From assembly GCA_002269645.1 (NCBI GenBank), contig NIVC01002299.1:121706-185705 (forward strand): 64,000 bases of DNA, read 5' to 3'. The position numbers and the translations under genes are program-made. Under the pieces are notes generated by a model that saw only the letters and a list, made by a program, of their open reading frames with translations, was not told the DNA's origin and did not search any database. Origin of the DNA: Macrostomum lignano. Its lineage: Eukaryota. The first letter of the stretch is position 1. Every line of letters starts with the position of its first letter. Positions 1 through 11,811 of the stretch are shown piece after piece.

Positions 1-1185
1 GGCGCCACTTAGTTTGAATAGGCGCCACTTAGTTTGAATAGGCGCCACTTAGTCTGAATAGGCGCCACATAGTTTTAATAGGCGCCACATAGTTTGAATA
101 GGCGCCACTTAGTTTGAATAGGCGCCACTTAGTTTGAATAGGCGCCACTTAGTTTGAATTGACGCCACATAGTTTGAATAGGCGCCATTTAGTTTGAATA
201 GGCGCCACTTAGTTTGAATAGGCGCCACATAGTTTGAATAGGCGCCACATAGTTTGAATAGGCGCCACATAGTTTGAATAGGCGCCACATAGTTTGAATT
301 GACGCCACATAGTTTGAATAGACGCCACTTAGTTTGAATAGGCGCCACTTAGTTTGAATTGGCGCCACTTAGTTTGAATAGGCGCCACATAGTTTGAATA
401 GGCGCCATTTAGTTTGAATAGGCGCCACTTAGTTTGAATAGGCGCCACATAGTTTGAATAGGCGCCACATAGTTTGAATAGGCGCCACATAGTTTGAATA
501 GGCGCCACATAGTTTGAAGCGCCACATAGTTTGAATAGGCGCCACATAGTTTGAATAGGCGCCACTTAGTTTGAATAGGCGCCACTTAGTTTGAATAGGC
601 GCCACTTAGTTTGAATTGACGCCACATAGTTTGAATAGGCGCCACTTAGTTTGAATAGGCGCCACTTAGTTTGAATTGACGCCACATAGTTTGAATAGGC
701 GCCACTTAGTTTGAATAGGCGCCACTTAGTTTGAATAGGCGCCACTTAGTTTAAATAGACGCCACATAGTTTGAATAGGCGCCACATAGTTTGAATAGGC
801 GCCACATAGTTTGAATAGGCGCCACATAGTTTGAATAGGCGCCACATAGTTTGAATAGGCGCCACATAGTTTGAATAGGCGCCACATAGTTTGAATAGGC
901 GCCACTTAGTTTGAATAGGCGCCACTTAGTTTAAATAGACGCCACATAGTTTGAATAGGCGCCACATAGTTTGAATAGGCGCCACATAGTTTGAATAGGC
1001 GCCACATAGTTTGAATAGGCGCCACATAGTTTGAATAGGCGCCACATAGTTTGAATAGGCGCCACATAGTTTGAATAGGCGCCACTTAGTTTGAAACAGT
1101 GCCACTTGGCCTTAGAAAGCACTAGTGTAGTTTGAGGAGGCCCCACCTAGTTTGAATACGCGCCATTTAGTTTGAATAGGCGACA
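1..1185. repeat. 20-bp tandem satellite GGCGCCAC(T/A)TAGTTTGAATA, continues off the window start
   Basis: Head-to-tail 20-mers seen directly, degenerating after about 1090; ORFs 109-1146 are artefacts of the array. Confidence 0.97.
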
Positions 1186-1964
1186 TTTAATTGTCATGCT
1201 TTTTAAAAAAGCAAATATATTTTCCAGCCAATCAGACCTTTCTCCACATGCAGTAACCAGCAAGCAATGTTTTTTATTATTGTCTGACTCCAGAAGTCAC
1301 CCCTTGAGTAGCTAATTTATAAAACAATAATTTTTAGCACTAGCAGCAGTTGCTCAGACCAGCTTACCTAAGCTCAGTGTTACTGAGCCATGAGGGGGAG
1401 TTGCAATGCTTAGCCGCCAGCCAGAGGAAGGGCGCGCGTGACAATACAGGCAGACTATAAAAAATCAATAGATTAGTTTAGCCTGTCAGGACCGTATAGT
1501 CGAGTGAGCTGCCTCAACTCGGAACGGAGTCACGCAGGAGGGGGGTTGCTCAGCACGTGTCGATTTGGGGGTCCACACGCTAGCAAGGGTGCTTCGGCAT
1601 GGAGCTGTTCTAGAGTTGTAAATCTTTACTGAAATCGAAAAAAAATAATTCCAGCAGTGAAGTAGCTCAGAGAATCGATTGAAATTAGAGAAACATAATC
1701 ATTTTTTGCATTCGAGTGCACTTCGCATTGGGTTTGGGACCGAATGTTTCATAGCAACAGAATATTTTAGAAATATGAGTTCATTTTCGACCATTTGATT
1801 GACAGCTTAACGAGAGTTGACAGATTTTTAACGATAATTAGCACAGGTGTTGACTAGGCTGCCATAGGTGCCAACTTGGAGTCATGTTGCTACAACTGAG
1901 CCACTGAATGGGGTCTCGATCCCAATTGGTTTTAATTAGATTGGATTTCAGTAACTACATTCCA

Positions 1965-2800
1965 AAAGATCTAACTAATATCGATCAGCTCAAACTCCAA
2001 TAGATCAATTATCGATCAGCTCAAACTCAAATAAATCAAATATCCATCAGCTCAAACTCCAATAGATCAAATATCGATCAGCTCAAACTCCAATAGATCA
2101 ATTATCGATCAGCTCAAACTCAAATAAATCAAATATCGATCAGCTCAAACTCCAATATCGATCAGCTCTAACGCTTATATAGTTCAAATAATAGAATAAA
2201 TATCGATCAGCTCAAACTCCAATAGATCAAATATCGATCAGCTCAAACTCCAATAGATCAAATATCGATCAGCTCAAACTCAAATAGATGAAATATCGAT
2301 CAGCTTAAACTCCAATAGATCAAACATCGATCAGCTCAAACTCAAATGTCGATCAGCTCAAGCTCCAATAGATCAAATATCGATCAGCACAAACTCCAAT
2401 AGATCAAATATCGATCAGCTCAAACTCCAATATCGATCAGCTCAAACTCAAATATCGATCAGCTCAAACTCCAATATCGATCAGCTCAAACTCAAATATC
2501 GATCAGCTCAAACTCCAATAGATCAAATATCGATCAGCTCAAACTCAAATATCGATCAGCTCAAACTCAAATATCGATCAGCTCAAACTCCAATAGATCA
2601 AATATCCATCAGCTCAAACTCCAATAGATCAATTATCGATGAGCTCAAACTCAAATAAATCAAATATCGATCAGCTCAAACTCCAATAGATCAAATATCG
2701 ATCAGCTCAAACTCTAATATCGATCAGCTCAAACTCCAATAGATCAAATAACGATCAGCTCAAAATCAGATATCGATCAGCTCAAACTCGAATAGATGAA
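1965..2800. repeat. Minisatellite of mixed 31-bp and 22-bp units (TCGATCAGCTCAAACTCCAATAGATCAAATA)
   Basis: Unit spacing of 31 (2380->2411) and 22 (2411->2433->2455) read directly. Confidence 0.95.
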
Positions 2801-3132
2801 ATAATTATCAATTATAAAACCCATTACACTTGCAGACCTTACACACTCCATGCAAAGCAGATCAAGAGCTTACCCTATAAGCCAATATGCCGAGTCACCG
2901 AAGTTCGCAATAGCAGATCTGCACAGTTGGCGCCGGTCACAGTCTGGCCATTCTCAGCTGCTAGCTTAATAATTTATGCATGCGGTAGGGCTCAATGCTT
3001 GCAACAAAAATAATCACAGGAGCAGCCAGCCAGCTGGGCCAGAAAGGCGCGACAGGCCAGTTGAAACAAATTTTAATTGCCGAAGCCGCGGACCCACATA
3101 ATTGGGCGGCGCGTCACCCAATACTGTGTGCT

Positions 3133-4566
3133 GCAGTAAACTACCACAATGGGAGCATTACCCTCTCTGCTGCTGTGAACTACCACAATGGGAGCATTAC
3201 CCTCTCTGCTGCTGTGAACTACCACAATGGGAGCATTACCCTCTCTGCTGCTGTGAACTACCACAATGAGAGCATTACCCTCTCTGCTGCTGTGAACTAC
3301 CACAATGGGAGCATTACCCTCTCTGCTGCTGTGAACTACCACAATGGGAGCATTACCCTCTCTGCTGCTGTGAACTACCACAATGGGAGCATTACCCTCT
3401 CTGCTGCTGTGAACTACCACAATGGGAGCATTACCCTCTCTGCTGCTGTAAACTACCACAATGGGAGCATTACCCTCTCTGCTGCTGTAAACTACCACAA
3501 TGGGAGCATTACCCTCTCTGCTGCTGTGAACTACCACAATGGGAGCATTACCCTCTCTGCTGCTGTAAACTACCACAATGGGAGCATTACCCTCTCTGCT
3601 GCTGTAAACTACCACAATGGGAGCATTACCCTCTCTGCTGCTGTAAACTACCACAATGGGAGCATTACCCTCTCTGCTGCTGTAAACTACCACAATGAGA
3701 GCATTACCCTCTCTGCTGCTGTAAACTACCACAATGGGAGCATTACCCTCTCTGCTGCTGTAAACTACCACAATGGGAGCATTACCCTCTCTGCTGCTGT
3801 AAACTACCACAATGGGAGCATTACCCTCTCTGCTGCTGTAAACTACCACAATGGGAGCATTACCCTCTCTGCTGCTGTAAACTAACACAATGGGAGCATT
3901 ACCCTCTTTGCTGCTGTGAACTACCACAATGGGAGCATTACCCTCTTTGCTGCTGTGAACTACCACAATGGGAGCATTACCCTCTCTGCTGCTGTAAACT
4001 ACCACAATGGGAGCATTACCCTCTCTGCTGCTGTAAACTACCACAATGGGAGCATTACCCTCTCTGCTGCTGTAAACTACCACAATGGGAGCATTACCCT
4101 CTCTGCTGCTGTAAACTACCACAATGGGAGCATTACCCTCTTTGCTGCTGTGAACTACCACAATGGGAGCATTACCCTCTTTGCTGCTGTGAACTACCAC
4201 AATGGGAGCATTACCCTCTTTGCTGCTGTGAACTACCACAATGGGAGCATTACCCTCTCTGCTGCTGTAAACTACCACAATGGGAGCATTACCCTCTCTG
4301 CTGCTGTAAACTACCACAATGGGAGCATTACCCTCTCTGCTGCTGTAAACTACCACAATGGGAGCATTACCCTCTCTGCTGCTGTGAACTACCACAATGG
4401 GAGCATTACCCTCTCTGCTGCTGTGAACTACCACAATGGGAGCATTACCCTCTCTGCTGCTGTGAACTACCACAATGGGAGCATTACCCTCTCTGCTGCT
4501 GTGAACTACCACAATGGGAGCATTACCCTCTCTGCTGCTGTGAACTACCACAATGGGAGCATTACC
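3133..4566. repeat. 39-bp minisatellite, left part (GCTGCTGT(G/A)AACTACCACAATGGGAGCATTACCCTCTCT)
   Basis: About 36 near-identical units; unit is a multiple of 3, so ORFs appear on both strands. Confidence 0.97.
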
Positions 4567-4696
4567 GCAGGAATCATTATATATTTGCGGGTCGCGACTG
4601 CGACAACCCCACCTCATAACTGATAGGGTGTACATTGCAAAGCGTTACTAAACTCACCCAATCACAATCAGCCAGACAAGCAGAGTACACTTCACA
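4566..4696 (-). repeat. 3' LTR of the Gypsy element, outer ~50 bp missing
   Basis: Nearly identical to 8433-8564; abuts the 39-bp array directly. Confidence 0.9.
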
Positions 4697-4932
4697 TCAC
4701 TCCCACCAAAAATCGAACCGAAAAAGGACTACAAAAATGGATTAGCAAAAATTCGACGAGCAAAAACTCAATGAGCAAAAGTTTCAAGTAGCAAAAATTC
4801 GAGTGGCAAAAATTCGAGGAATAAAATATTATAGTTTAAACGAAACCACAGCGACTCGCGCACATTTTAATATTTAGAAAATGAGGCTGCTGAGTTTTGA
4901 ATACTAGCAAATTGAAGGACACGTACACGGAC

Positions 4933-6440
4933 TTAAAACTGGGCCTCATAAAAATCAGGCGGCCTTCGGTCCCTCCCAGACAGCCGAGGCTGGGCAGCCT
5001 CTGGCTCCTCGAACAGCTCCTTCCAGTCCTGCCGCAGGTCACCGTCGCCGTCCAGTCTCTCCGGGCGACTGTCGGGAGGCGGAGTCGGCTCAGGCGGCGG
5101 GCCCGCCAGCTGCGGCCGCCGCGGGGTGAAGGCCTTCAGGAGGTCGTGGTGCAATACCGAGCTCGGCCGCCGCCCGGTGCGCTTGGAGATGCGGTAGGTG
5201 ACGGGCCCCAGCTTCTCCAGGACTCTGTAGGGCCCCATCCACCGCTGCCGCAGCGCCTTGCTCTGGCCCTTCCGCATCGCCGTGTTGCTGAGCAGCACCA
5301 GCTGGCCCACTCGAAGCGGCGTGAGGTTGGCGCGCTTGTTGTACTGCCGCTTCCTTGATGACTGGGACGCCAGCAGGCGCACGTGCACCAGCTGCAGACC
5401 ACCTGACGGAGCTGCAACGGAATGACTGGCTCGCCGCTGCGCCTGATGATGCCGCCGTCGTCGATCTCCAGCCGCTCAGCCGCCATGATGCCTGCTGCCT
5501 CGACCGCTGGCCTGCCTTGCCGCGGTGACTGCCCAGGAGCTTTAGAATGGCGTCCAGCACCGCATCGGCATTCTGTGCGTCAAAGATGCCGCTGGTGGTC
5601 CAGGCAGGCGCCAGCCGAGTCGCCGCTGCCCTGCTCAGCGCATCCGCCACGACGTTGTCCTCACCAGGTCGGTAGAGCAGCTTAAAGTTCACTTCTTGGA
5701 GGGTGGTGATCCAACGAGCAAGACGGCTTTCGGGCTCCTTGGTGTTCAGCAGACCCTGCAGCGGCTTGTGATCGGTGAAGACCAACACGCCGCTCGCCGA
5801 GGCCAGGTAGTTGCGAAAGTGCTTCATCGCCCACACGATCGCCAGCAGCTCCCTGTGAGTAGTTGCGCTCGGCCTTGTTAAGCACTCTCGAGGTGAAGGC
5901 GACTGGGCACTCGACACTTGTCGAGCTTGTTGAGCTTGAGACCGGCCGACTGGAGCCTCTTCAGGACTTTCTCGAGCGTCTGTTACATGGCTGTCGAACG
6001 TCGAGCTGAACAGGATCAGGTCGTCCATCCATGTAGGTGAGCACCTCCGTCCAGTTCATGCCGCACATGGTCAGGTCCATGAGACGCTGGAAGGTTGCCG
6101 GTGCGTTGCACAATCCGAACCCCAGCTTCTTGTACTGCATCAGACCCTGGGTTCTGTAGAAGGCGGTCTTCTCGCGGTCCTTCTCCCTGATCTTCACCTG
6201 AAGAAAGCCCTGTCGGAGATCCAGCCTGCTGAACCAGCTACTCCCCGTCAGCGCGTCCAGGGCGACGAACAGCGGAGGCAGCGGGTAGGCGTCCTTGATA
6301 GTGCACGCGTTGAGGGCTCTCCAGTCGGTACAGATGCGGATGTCGTGATTTTTTTTCGAACAACAAGGAGGTTGCTCGCCCACGGGCTGCACGATGGCTC
6401 GATGATGCCGTGACGCCGCATCTCGCTGATCTTTGTTTGT
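4933..6440 (-). pseudogene. Gypsy pol remnants (RT, RNase H, integrase C-terminus) with frameshifts and deletions
   Basis: ORF-track pieces 5961-6392, 5090-6028 and 4933-5388 carry the motifs in Gypsy order RT-RH-IN. Confidence 0.88.
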
Positions 6441-6444
6441 AGAG

Positions 6445-7223
6445 TGTTATACCTCCCAGAAACGGTATAAAAATTTTCAACATACTACTTATACATTTTA
6501 TTCGGTAGTAAGATTAGTAGCATGTATAAAATCAAGTACTGAATCAAAAGTATATTTAGTCAACCAATCACAAGAGAGTAAAGTCAAAACATGTTATTTT
6601 TATCAACCGACCAATCATGCGTGACCTACAATTGGCAGTTCAGACCCCATCAGCAATTCATCAGTCGGTCTGCACCGAATGAACCAATCAAAAATAACCC
6701 AGCTACGGTAATCAATCATGCGCGTTTTCAGTAGACTTGTTGCTTAACTTTCTACCCTGTCAAGCCTGACAGCAAGTGTGACCCTTTGACATTTAAGAAA
6801 ATGTACCCAACGACCTCGCGAGGGGTCCGATTCTCTATCAATACAAGTGGTCCGGAGCGGACCGGAGCCTCAAGATTTTGCCTTGCAGAAGGAAGAAGAG
6901 CTCCGAAGAGGAAGTCATAAAAGGACTTCCTTCAGACCAAGTCAACCAGGACTCAGGTTAAGTTATTTGCGGTAAGCCTTGCTCATTTGCGCCAGGTGTT
7001 TGAGTCGACTCATTATAATTGCTGTGTTTGAGTCTATTGAGACTCCATTGGTCGTAGTCTCCAGAAGGACTACCCTAATAGCCATTAGAAGACTATCAGT
7101 GAATACCGGAGCTATACCTAGGGTGCATTAAGACACCGCTAGAAGGAGAAGGCTTATTGAAGCCGCAAAGTGGCGCAGGGATCCCCATTGTTAATACGAA
7201 GCTTCTGATTGGTCCGAACGACA
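6445..7223 (+). mobile_element. Non-coding insertion inside Gypsy pol; probable LTR plus PBS-like motif of a second element in opposite orientation
   Basis: Abrupt switch to AT-rich non-coding DNA; begins TGTT; PBS-like TGGCGCAG at 7171; no TSD found. Confidence 0.45.
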
Positions 7224-7468
7224 GATCGCTGAGCGCCGGGTTGATGTTGAAGTCAGCATCCTCGCTGTTGCTGCTGCCGCGCTCCGCGAGTTCTGCCGCA
7301 TCGAAACTGCCAATCGCCTGATTCTCGTACAGCATCACTGGGTCGGCACCCAGGTTGCAGATGCCCACGGGCAGGCCACCTTCAGTGCTGGACACCGCGA
7401 GCACCCTGTTTGATAGCAGCTCCGTCTTGTCAGAAGTCAGAGTTCGGCTCGAAAACGGTCACCAGTCC

Positions 7469-8328
7469 TCAGCAGTTTTCCGAAACCGGAGTTGGACAGG
7501 CTTCGGTGCGGTGCCCTCTGCCCGAGCAGCGGTAGGTGATCTGGGGCGCTGAAGCGGACTGTCGGCTTGGGCATTGGGCGGCAAAGTGGCCAGGCATTGA
7601 CCAGTTGAAGCACCTGCCGCGGCCACCTCTTCCTCGAGCGCTGCCACTGCTTCGACTGCCGCCTCTTCCTCCTCCCTGTTGTCCGCCGCGCATACCGATG
7701 GTGGCGACAGTGGCGGCTAGCTCCGTCAGCTGCTCCTGCATCCGGCCCAGCTGGTCTGCCATCGGGTTGCTCGCTGTGGTCGCCGCTACGCTGGCCGTCG
7801 CTCCCCTGTTGCCATTGATGCTCTCCAGCGCTGTGGCACGGTCAGCCACCGTCTCAGGACTGATAGTGTTGCAGTCACATTGCTTCAGCAGCGATTCCCT
7901 GATGTCCTTGGGCAACAACGCCAGTAGCCCGGTGACGCAACTCGCAGTCTCACTTGCTGGCTGTGGTCCGGGCGTGCCTTACGGTACAGCAGCTTCAGTG
8001 CGAAGCACAATTCCCGTAGTTACTCTCCTTGGCGCCGTTTTCTAGTTTCGAAGTCAGTCATGGCGCGGAAGGTGTTCTTCTTACTGCCGTAGAAGGCAAT
8101 CAGCGCCTGTTTGATGCTTTTATAGCTTGCTTTCTTTGCCCCTTCAAGCTCCCATACGAACACCAGCGCCTCTCCCGTCAGCAGCAGCTTAATATTGGAT
8201 GCACTTTTGCTGTCATTCCACTCAGAATCGTTGGCGAAATTTTCAAACATCTGCAGCCACATATGGATGTCTGAATCCGCAGAGCCAGAGAACTTAGTAG
8301 GTAAGAGTGCGCTGAGTTGCTTGTCCAT
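7469..8328 (-). pseudogene. Gypsy gag (frameshifted)
   Basis: N-terminal KFSGS..DIHMWLQMFE..WND...LLLTGEA; C-terminal RCFNWSMPGHFAAQCP and RCSGRGHRTEACP knuckle-like motifs. Confidence 0.85.
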
Positions 8329-8382
8329 GATTTAGCAAAACTAGGCTGACTGACTGACTGACTGAGTCATCGCTGCCACCAA

Positions 8383-8564
8383 TGTAAGGCAGGTAGTGCT
8401 GGAACGATACGGTCTTGCAAATTGCAAGGACGCGCAGGAAACATTATTTATTTGGGGGGTCGCGACTGCGACAACCCCACCTCATAACCGATAGGGTGTA
8501 CATTGCAAAGCGTTACTAAACTCACCCAATCACAATCAGCCAGACAAGCAGAGTACACTTCACA
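8383..8564 (-). repeat. 5' LTR of the Gypsy element
   Basis: TG...CA ends, followed on the minus strand by the PBS. Confidence 0.92.
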
Positions 8565-8665
8565 GGAGCAATACCCTCTCTGCTGCTGTAAACTACCACA
8601 ATGGGAGCAATACCCTCTCTGCTGCTGTAAACTACTACAATGGGAGCATTACCCTCTTTGATGCT
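8565..8665. repeat. 39-bp minisatellite, right remnant (~2.5 units)
   Basis: Same unit as 3133-4566 resumes immediately after the LTR. Confidence 0.92.
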
Positions 8666-9419
8666 GTGCCGTTTCAAAGCAAAAAAATCATTCTTGTTAT
8701 TGTGCTGAAGGTCTTGAACGTCAGTCAGGCTTCTGATTATGATGAAAGGGAAACCATCGGAGTCTGAAATCGAGCTGCGCGTGAGCACTGATAACCAAAA
8801 CTTTTGAGCTGCTAATTTCAACATCTAGGATGTTCATGGACACAAGGGCAAAAGTTTATTGGACACTATTCTTTTGGTGCTTATGTTCGATGCCTTTAGC
8901 AGAGAAGGCAATGCTCAAGAGCCTCAGGCTCATAATACCTGCTCGCCGAGCAAGTATATTTTTGGTCTATTGGTCACACTTGGAAAAGAACAAGCTGCAC
9001 TTCAGGCAGGAACTTTAGCCGCACAATTCCAACACCAGGAATGAGCAGGCGTACTGGTCAGCATTAGCGAATTCTAATTAAATTAATTCTCTGCGGACTC
9101 TACTCTACGGCAAGGCCTACCCTATATGGGTCTTACTGACTCAACAGCATCATTGAATTAATTTGCAAGGCTACTTACTGTACTGGTTATGAGTTAGTTG
9201 TGTGTGTACTCTTATGTGCTCAGGCGTCAGCGAAATGGGCAAAATAAAGCATAAATTTCGTTGCAATTCAATAAGAACTGTAAAAACAAACAAGAGCAGT
9301 TTAATTTAAGTGAAACCTTTATGAAAATATGAAGAGCCGTGAATTAAAAACAACAGAATGCAGGAGTAGGGGCTTTAAGAAACCAAGGATTAAAAACTGA
9401 GGATTGAAATAAACAGACA

Positions 9420-10490
9420 GAAAGAGAGTGGACACACGGATAGAGTGGACACACGGATAGAGAGTAGAGACACACGGATAGAGTGGACACACGGATAGAG
9501 AGTAGAGACACACGGATAGAGTGGACACACGGATAGAGAGTAGAGACACACGGATAGAGTGGACACACGGATAGAGAGTAGAGACACACGGATAGAGTGG
9601 ACACACGGATAGAGAGTAGAGACACACGGATAGAGTGGACACACGGATAGAGAGTAGAGACACACGGATAGAGTGGACACACGGATAGAGAGTAGAGACA
9701 CACGGATAGAGTGGACACACGGATAGAGAGTAGAGACACACGGATAGAGAGTAGAGACATACGGATAGAGTGGACACACGGATAGAGAGTAGAGACACAC
9801 GGATAGAGTGGACACACGGATAGAGAGTAGAGACACACGGATAGAGTGGACACACGGATAGAGAGTAGAGACACACGGATAGAGAGTAGAGACATACGGA
9901 TAGAGTGGACACACGGATAGAGTGGACACACGGATAGAGAGTAGAGACACACGGATAGAGAGTAGAGACATACGGATAGAGTGGACACATGGATAGAGCG
10001 TAGAGACACATGGATAGAGAGTAGAGACACGCGGATAGAGTGGACACACGGATAGAGAGTAGAGACACACGGATAGAGTGGACACACGGATAGAGTGGAC
10101 ACACGGATAGAGAGTAGAGACACACGGAGACTGGACACACGGATAGAGTAGAGACACCCGGATAGACTGGACACACGGATAGAGAGTAGAGACACACGGA
10201 TATAGAGTAGAGACACCCGGATGGGAAGTAGAGACACCCGGGTGGAGAGTAAAGACACCCGGATGGAGAGTAGAGACACCCGGGTGGAGAGTAAAGACAC
10301 CCGGATGGAGAGTAGAGACACCCGGATATAGAGTAGAGACACACGGATGGGGAGTAGAGACACCCGGAAGGAGAGTAGAGACACCCGGAAGGAGAGTAGA
10401 GACACACGGAAGGAGAGTGGACACCCGGATGGAGAGTAGAGACACACGGATGGAGAGTAGACACCCGGATGGAGAGTAGAAAAACAAGGG
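9420..10490. repeat. Minisatellite of interleaved 17-bp (GAGTGGACACACGGATA) and 21-bp (GAGAGTAGAGACACACGGATA) units
   Basis: Direct reading; diverges towards the right end. Confidence 0.96.
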
Positions 10491-10882
10491 TAGAGACAGA
10501 CAGACAGGCAGAGTTTACTCTCCGCATTATTGTAATAACTGTTATATCAAAGTCCGATACACTTTAGTGAGACGAAAGGCGCCTCAAAGCCGTTCTGAAA
10601 TAATTAATGAAGGCAACTCATTGTATATTTAGGCCACAAAATCTCATATTACTGAAAAAACTGGGAAGTCAGTCTGTAACTACAGATGAAAAAGCATAGA
10701 TCTCTCTGAGGATCTAACAATCAACTACAAATACATCAGTTCGTGATTAAGGCAAATCCGCGGTCAAATTATAAATTTTGTACACAATTCGAATTTAATA
10801 CTAATAAAATCAATAATTTGTCAGGTTTGTGCTAATGCATAAAAATACTCGTACAAGAAATTAAACAAATAATTATAGTATA

Positions 10883-11811
10883 GCTTCTTGCAGCCCATCT
10901 GGGCCCACGCGCATTGAATTCAATCCAAGATACGTTTGTCAAAGTAACGGAGCTCTTGTCTATGGTAGCAAGGCTGGCACAGCGGCATTTAGTTTGGTCT
11001 AACAAGCATCAATTTGGTCCAACAAGCATCAATTTGGTCCAACAAGCATCAATTCGGTCCAACAAGCATCAATTTGGTCCAACAAGCATCAATTTGGTCC
11101 AACAAGCATCAATTTGGTCCAACAAGCATCAATTTGGTCCAACAAGCATCAATTCGGTCCAACAAGCATCAATTTAATCCAACAAGCATCAATTTGGTCC
11201 AAACGCTCGTGAGCCATTGGAGAAACCCCTGCCCCCTCGCAACCGTCTGCGGGTTGTTGCGTACCGCTGGGATGTCAGCATCTCTCTACCAACAATTTTC
11301 AGTCGCTTTTCCAGAGCTCTGCTGATGGTCGAAATCTGATAACCAACCGGAACTGTTCCTTCAACTTCTGCTGCATTTCTGCACTGTCAACAAAAGATTC
11401 GTCTCAACTGCATTGAGTAGCAGTTGGACCGGAGGCTCTCGCAACTTGCCTTGGCGATTGCCACCCCTTTGCAGGCAATCTCTGCCGGCAGAGTTTCAAC
11501 GCGCTGATGGATGCTGTAAACCATCTTTTCTTTTACATTCAGCAACCTCGCAATGTCCTTTGGGTGTTCACCTCTGTCGAGTGCTTCGATCACAAGCCAA
11601 TGGCATTCGTTGGCACAGCACATGGTCCACAATTCTGGGGCTGATCTTGCTCCTCCGCAGCAGTTGCAAATGAAGCTATGGACCAAATTGATGCTTTTTG
11701 AAATGCCGCTGTGCCAGCCTTGCCACCATAGACAAAAGCTCCGTTACATTGGCAAACGTATCTCGGATCAAATTCAATGCGCGTATGCCCAAATGGACTG
11801 CAAAAAGCTCT
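10883..11811. mobile_element. Decayed inverted-repeat element (~130-bp arms) with an internal HTH-like coding remnant
   Basis: 10883-11010 is the reverse complement of about 11680-11811 with scattered mismatches; minus-strand VIEALDRGEHPKDIARLLNVKEKMVYSI resembles a transposase HTH. Confidence 0.55.
10995..11200. repeat. 20-bp minisatellite AACAAGCATCAATTTGGTCC (~10 copies)
   Basis: Direct reading. Confidence 0.95.

Larger units (their letters stand above)
4566..8564 (-). mobile_element. Internally deleted Ty3/Gypsy LTR retrotransposon (non-autonomous)
   Basis: 5' LTR 8383-8564 (TG...CA, 182 bp); PBS TGGTGGCAGCG at 8371-8381 (tRNA-Leu-type 3' end); gag 8328->7469 with two CCHC-like knuckles; RT remnant (IRICTDWRALN, DLRQGFLQ, GLCNAPATFQRLM, YMD); RNase H remnant (RELLAIVWAMKHFRNYL, FTDHKPL, DALSR); integrase C-terminal GPY segment (RWMGPYRV); PPT GGTGGGAGTGA at 4697-4707; truncated 3' LTR 4566-4696. 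Confidence 0.93.

Noticed and set aside
1378-1893. TGT...ACA segment as a solo LTR
   Set aside because: No target-site duplication and no second copy in the window
2995-4635. Long repeat-protein ORFs (SAAVNYHNGSITL / EGNAPIVVVYSSR), resembling ice-binding or adhesin repeats
   Set aside because: The 39-bp unit is open on both strands simply because it is a multiple of 3; one unit has a stop, and the array is split by a retrotransposon
9319-10527. Three overlapping 360-400 aa Cys/Ser-rich ORFs
   Set aside because: Translation of the 17/21-bp array in all three frames
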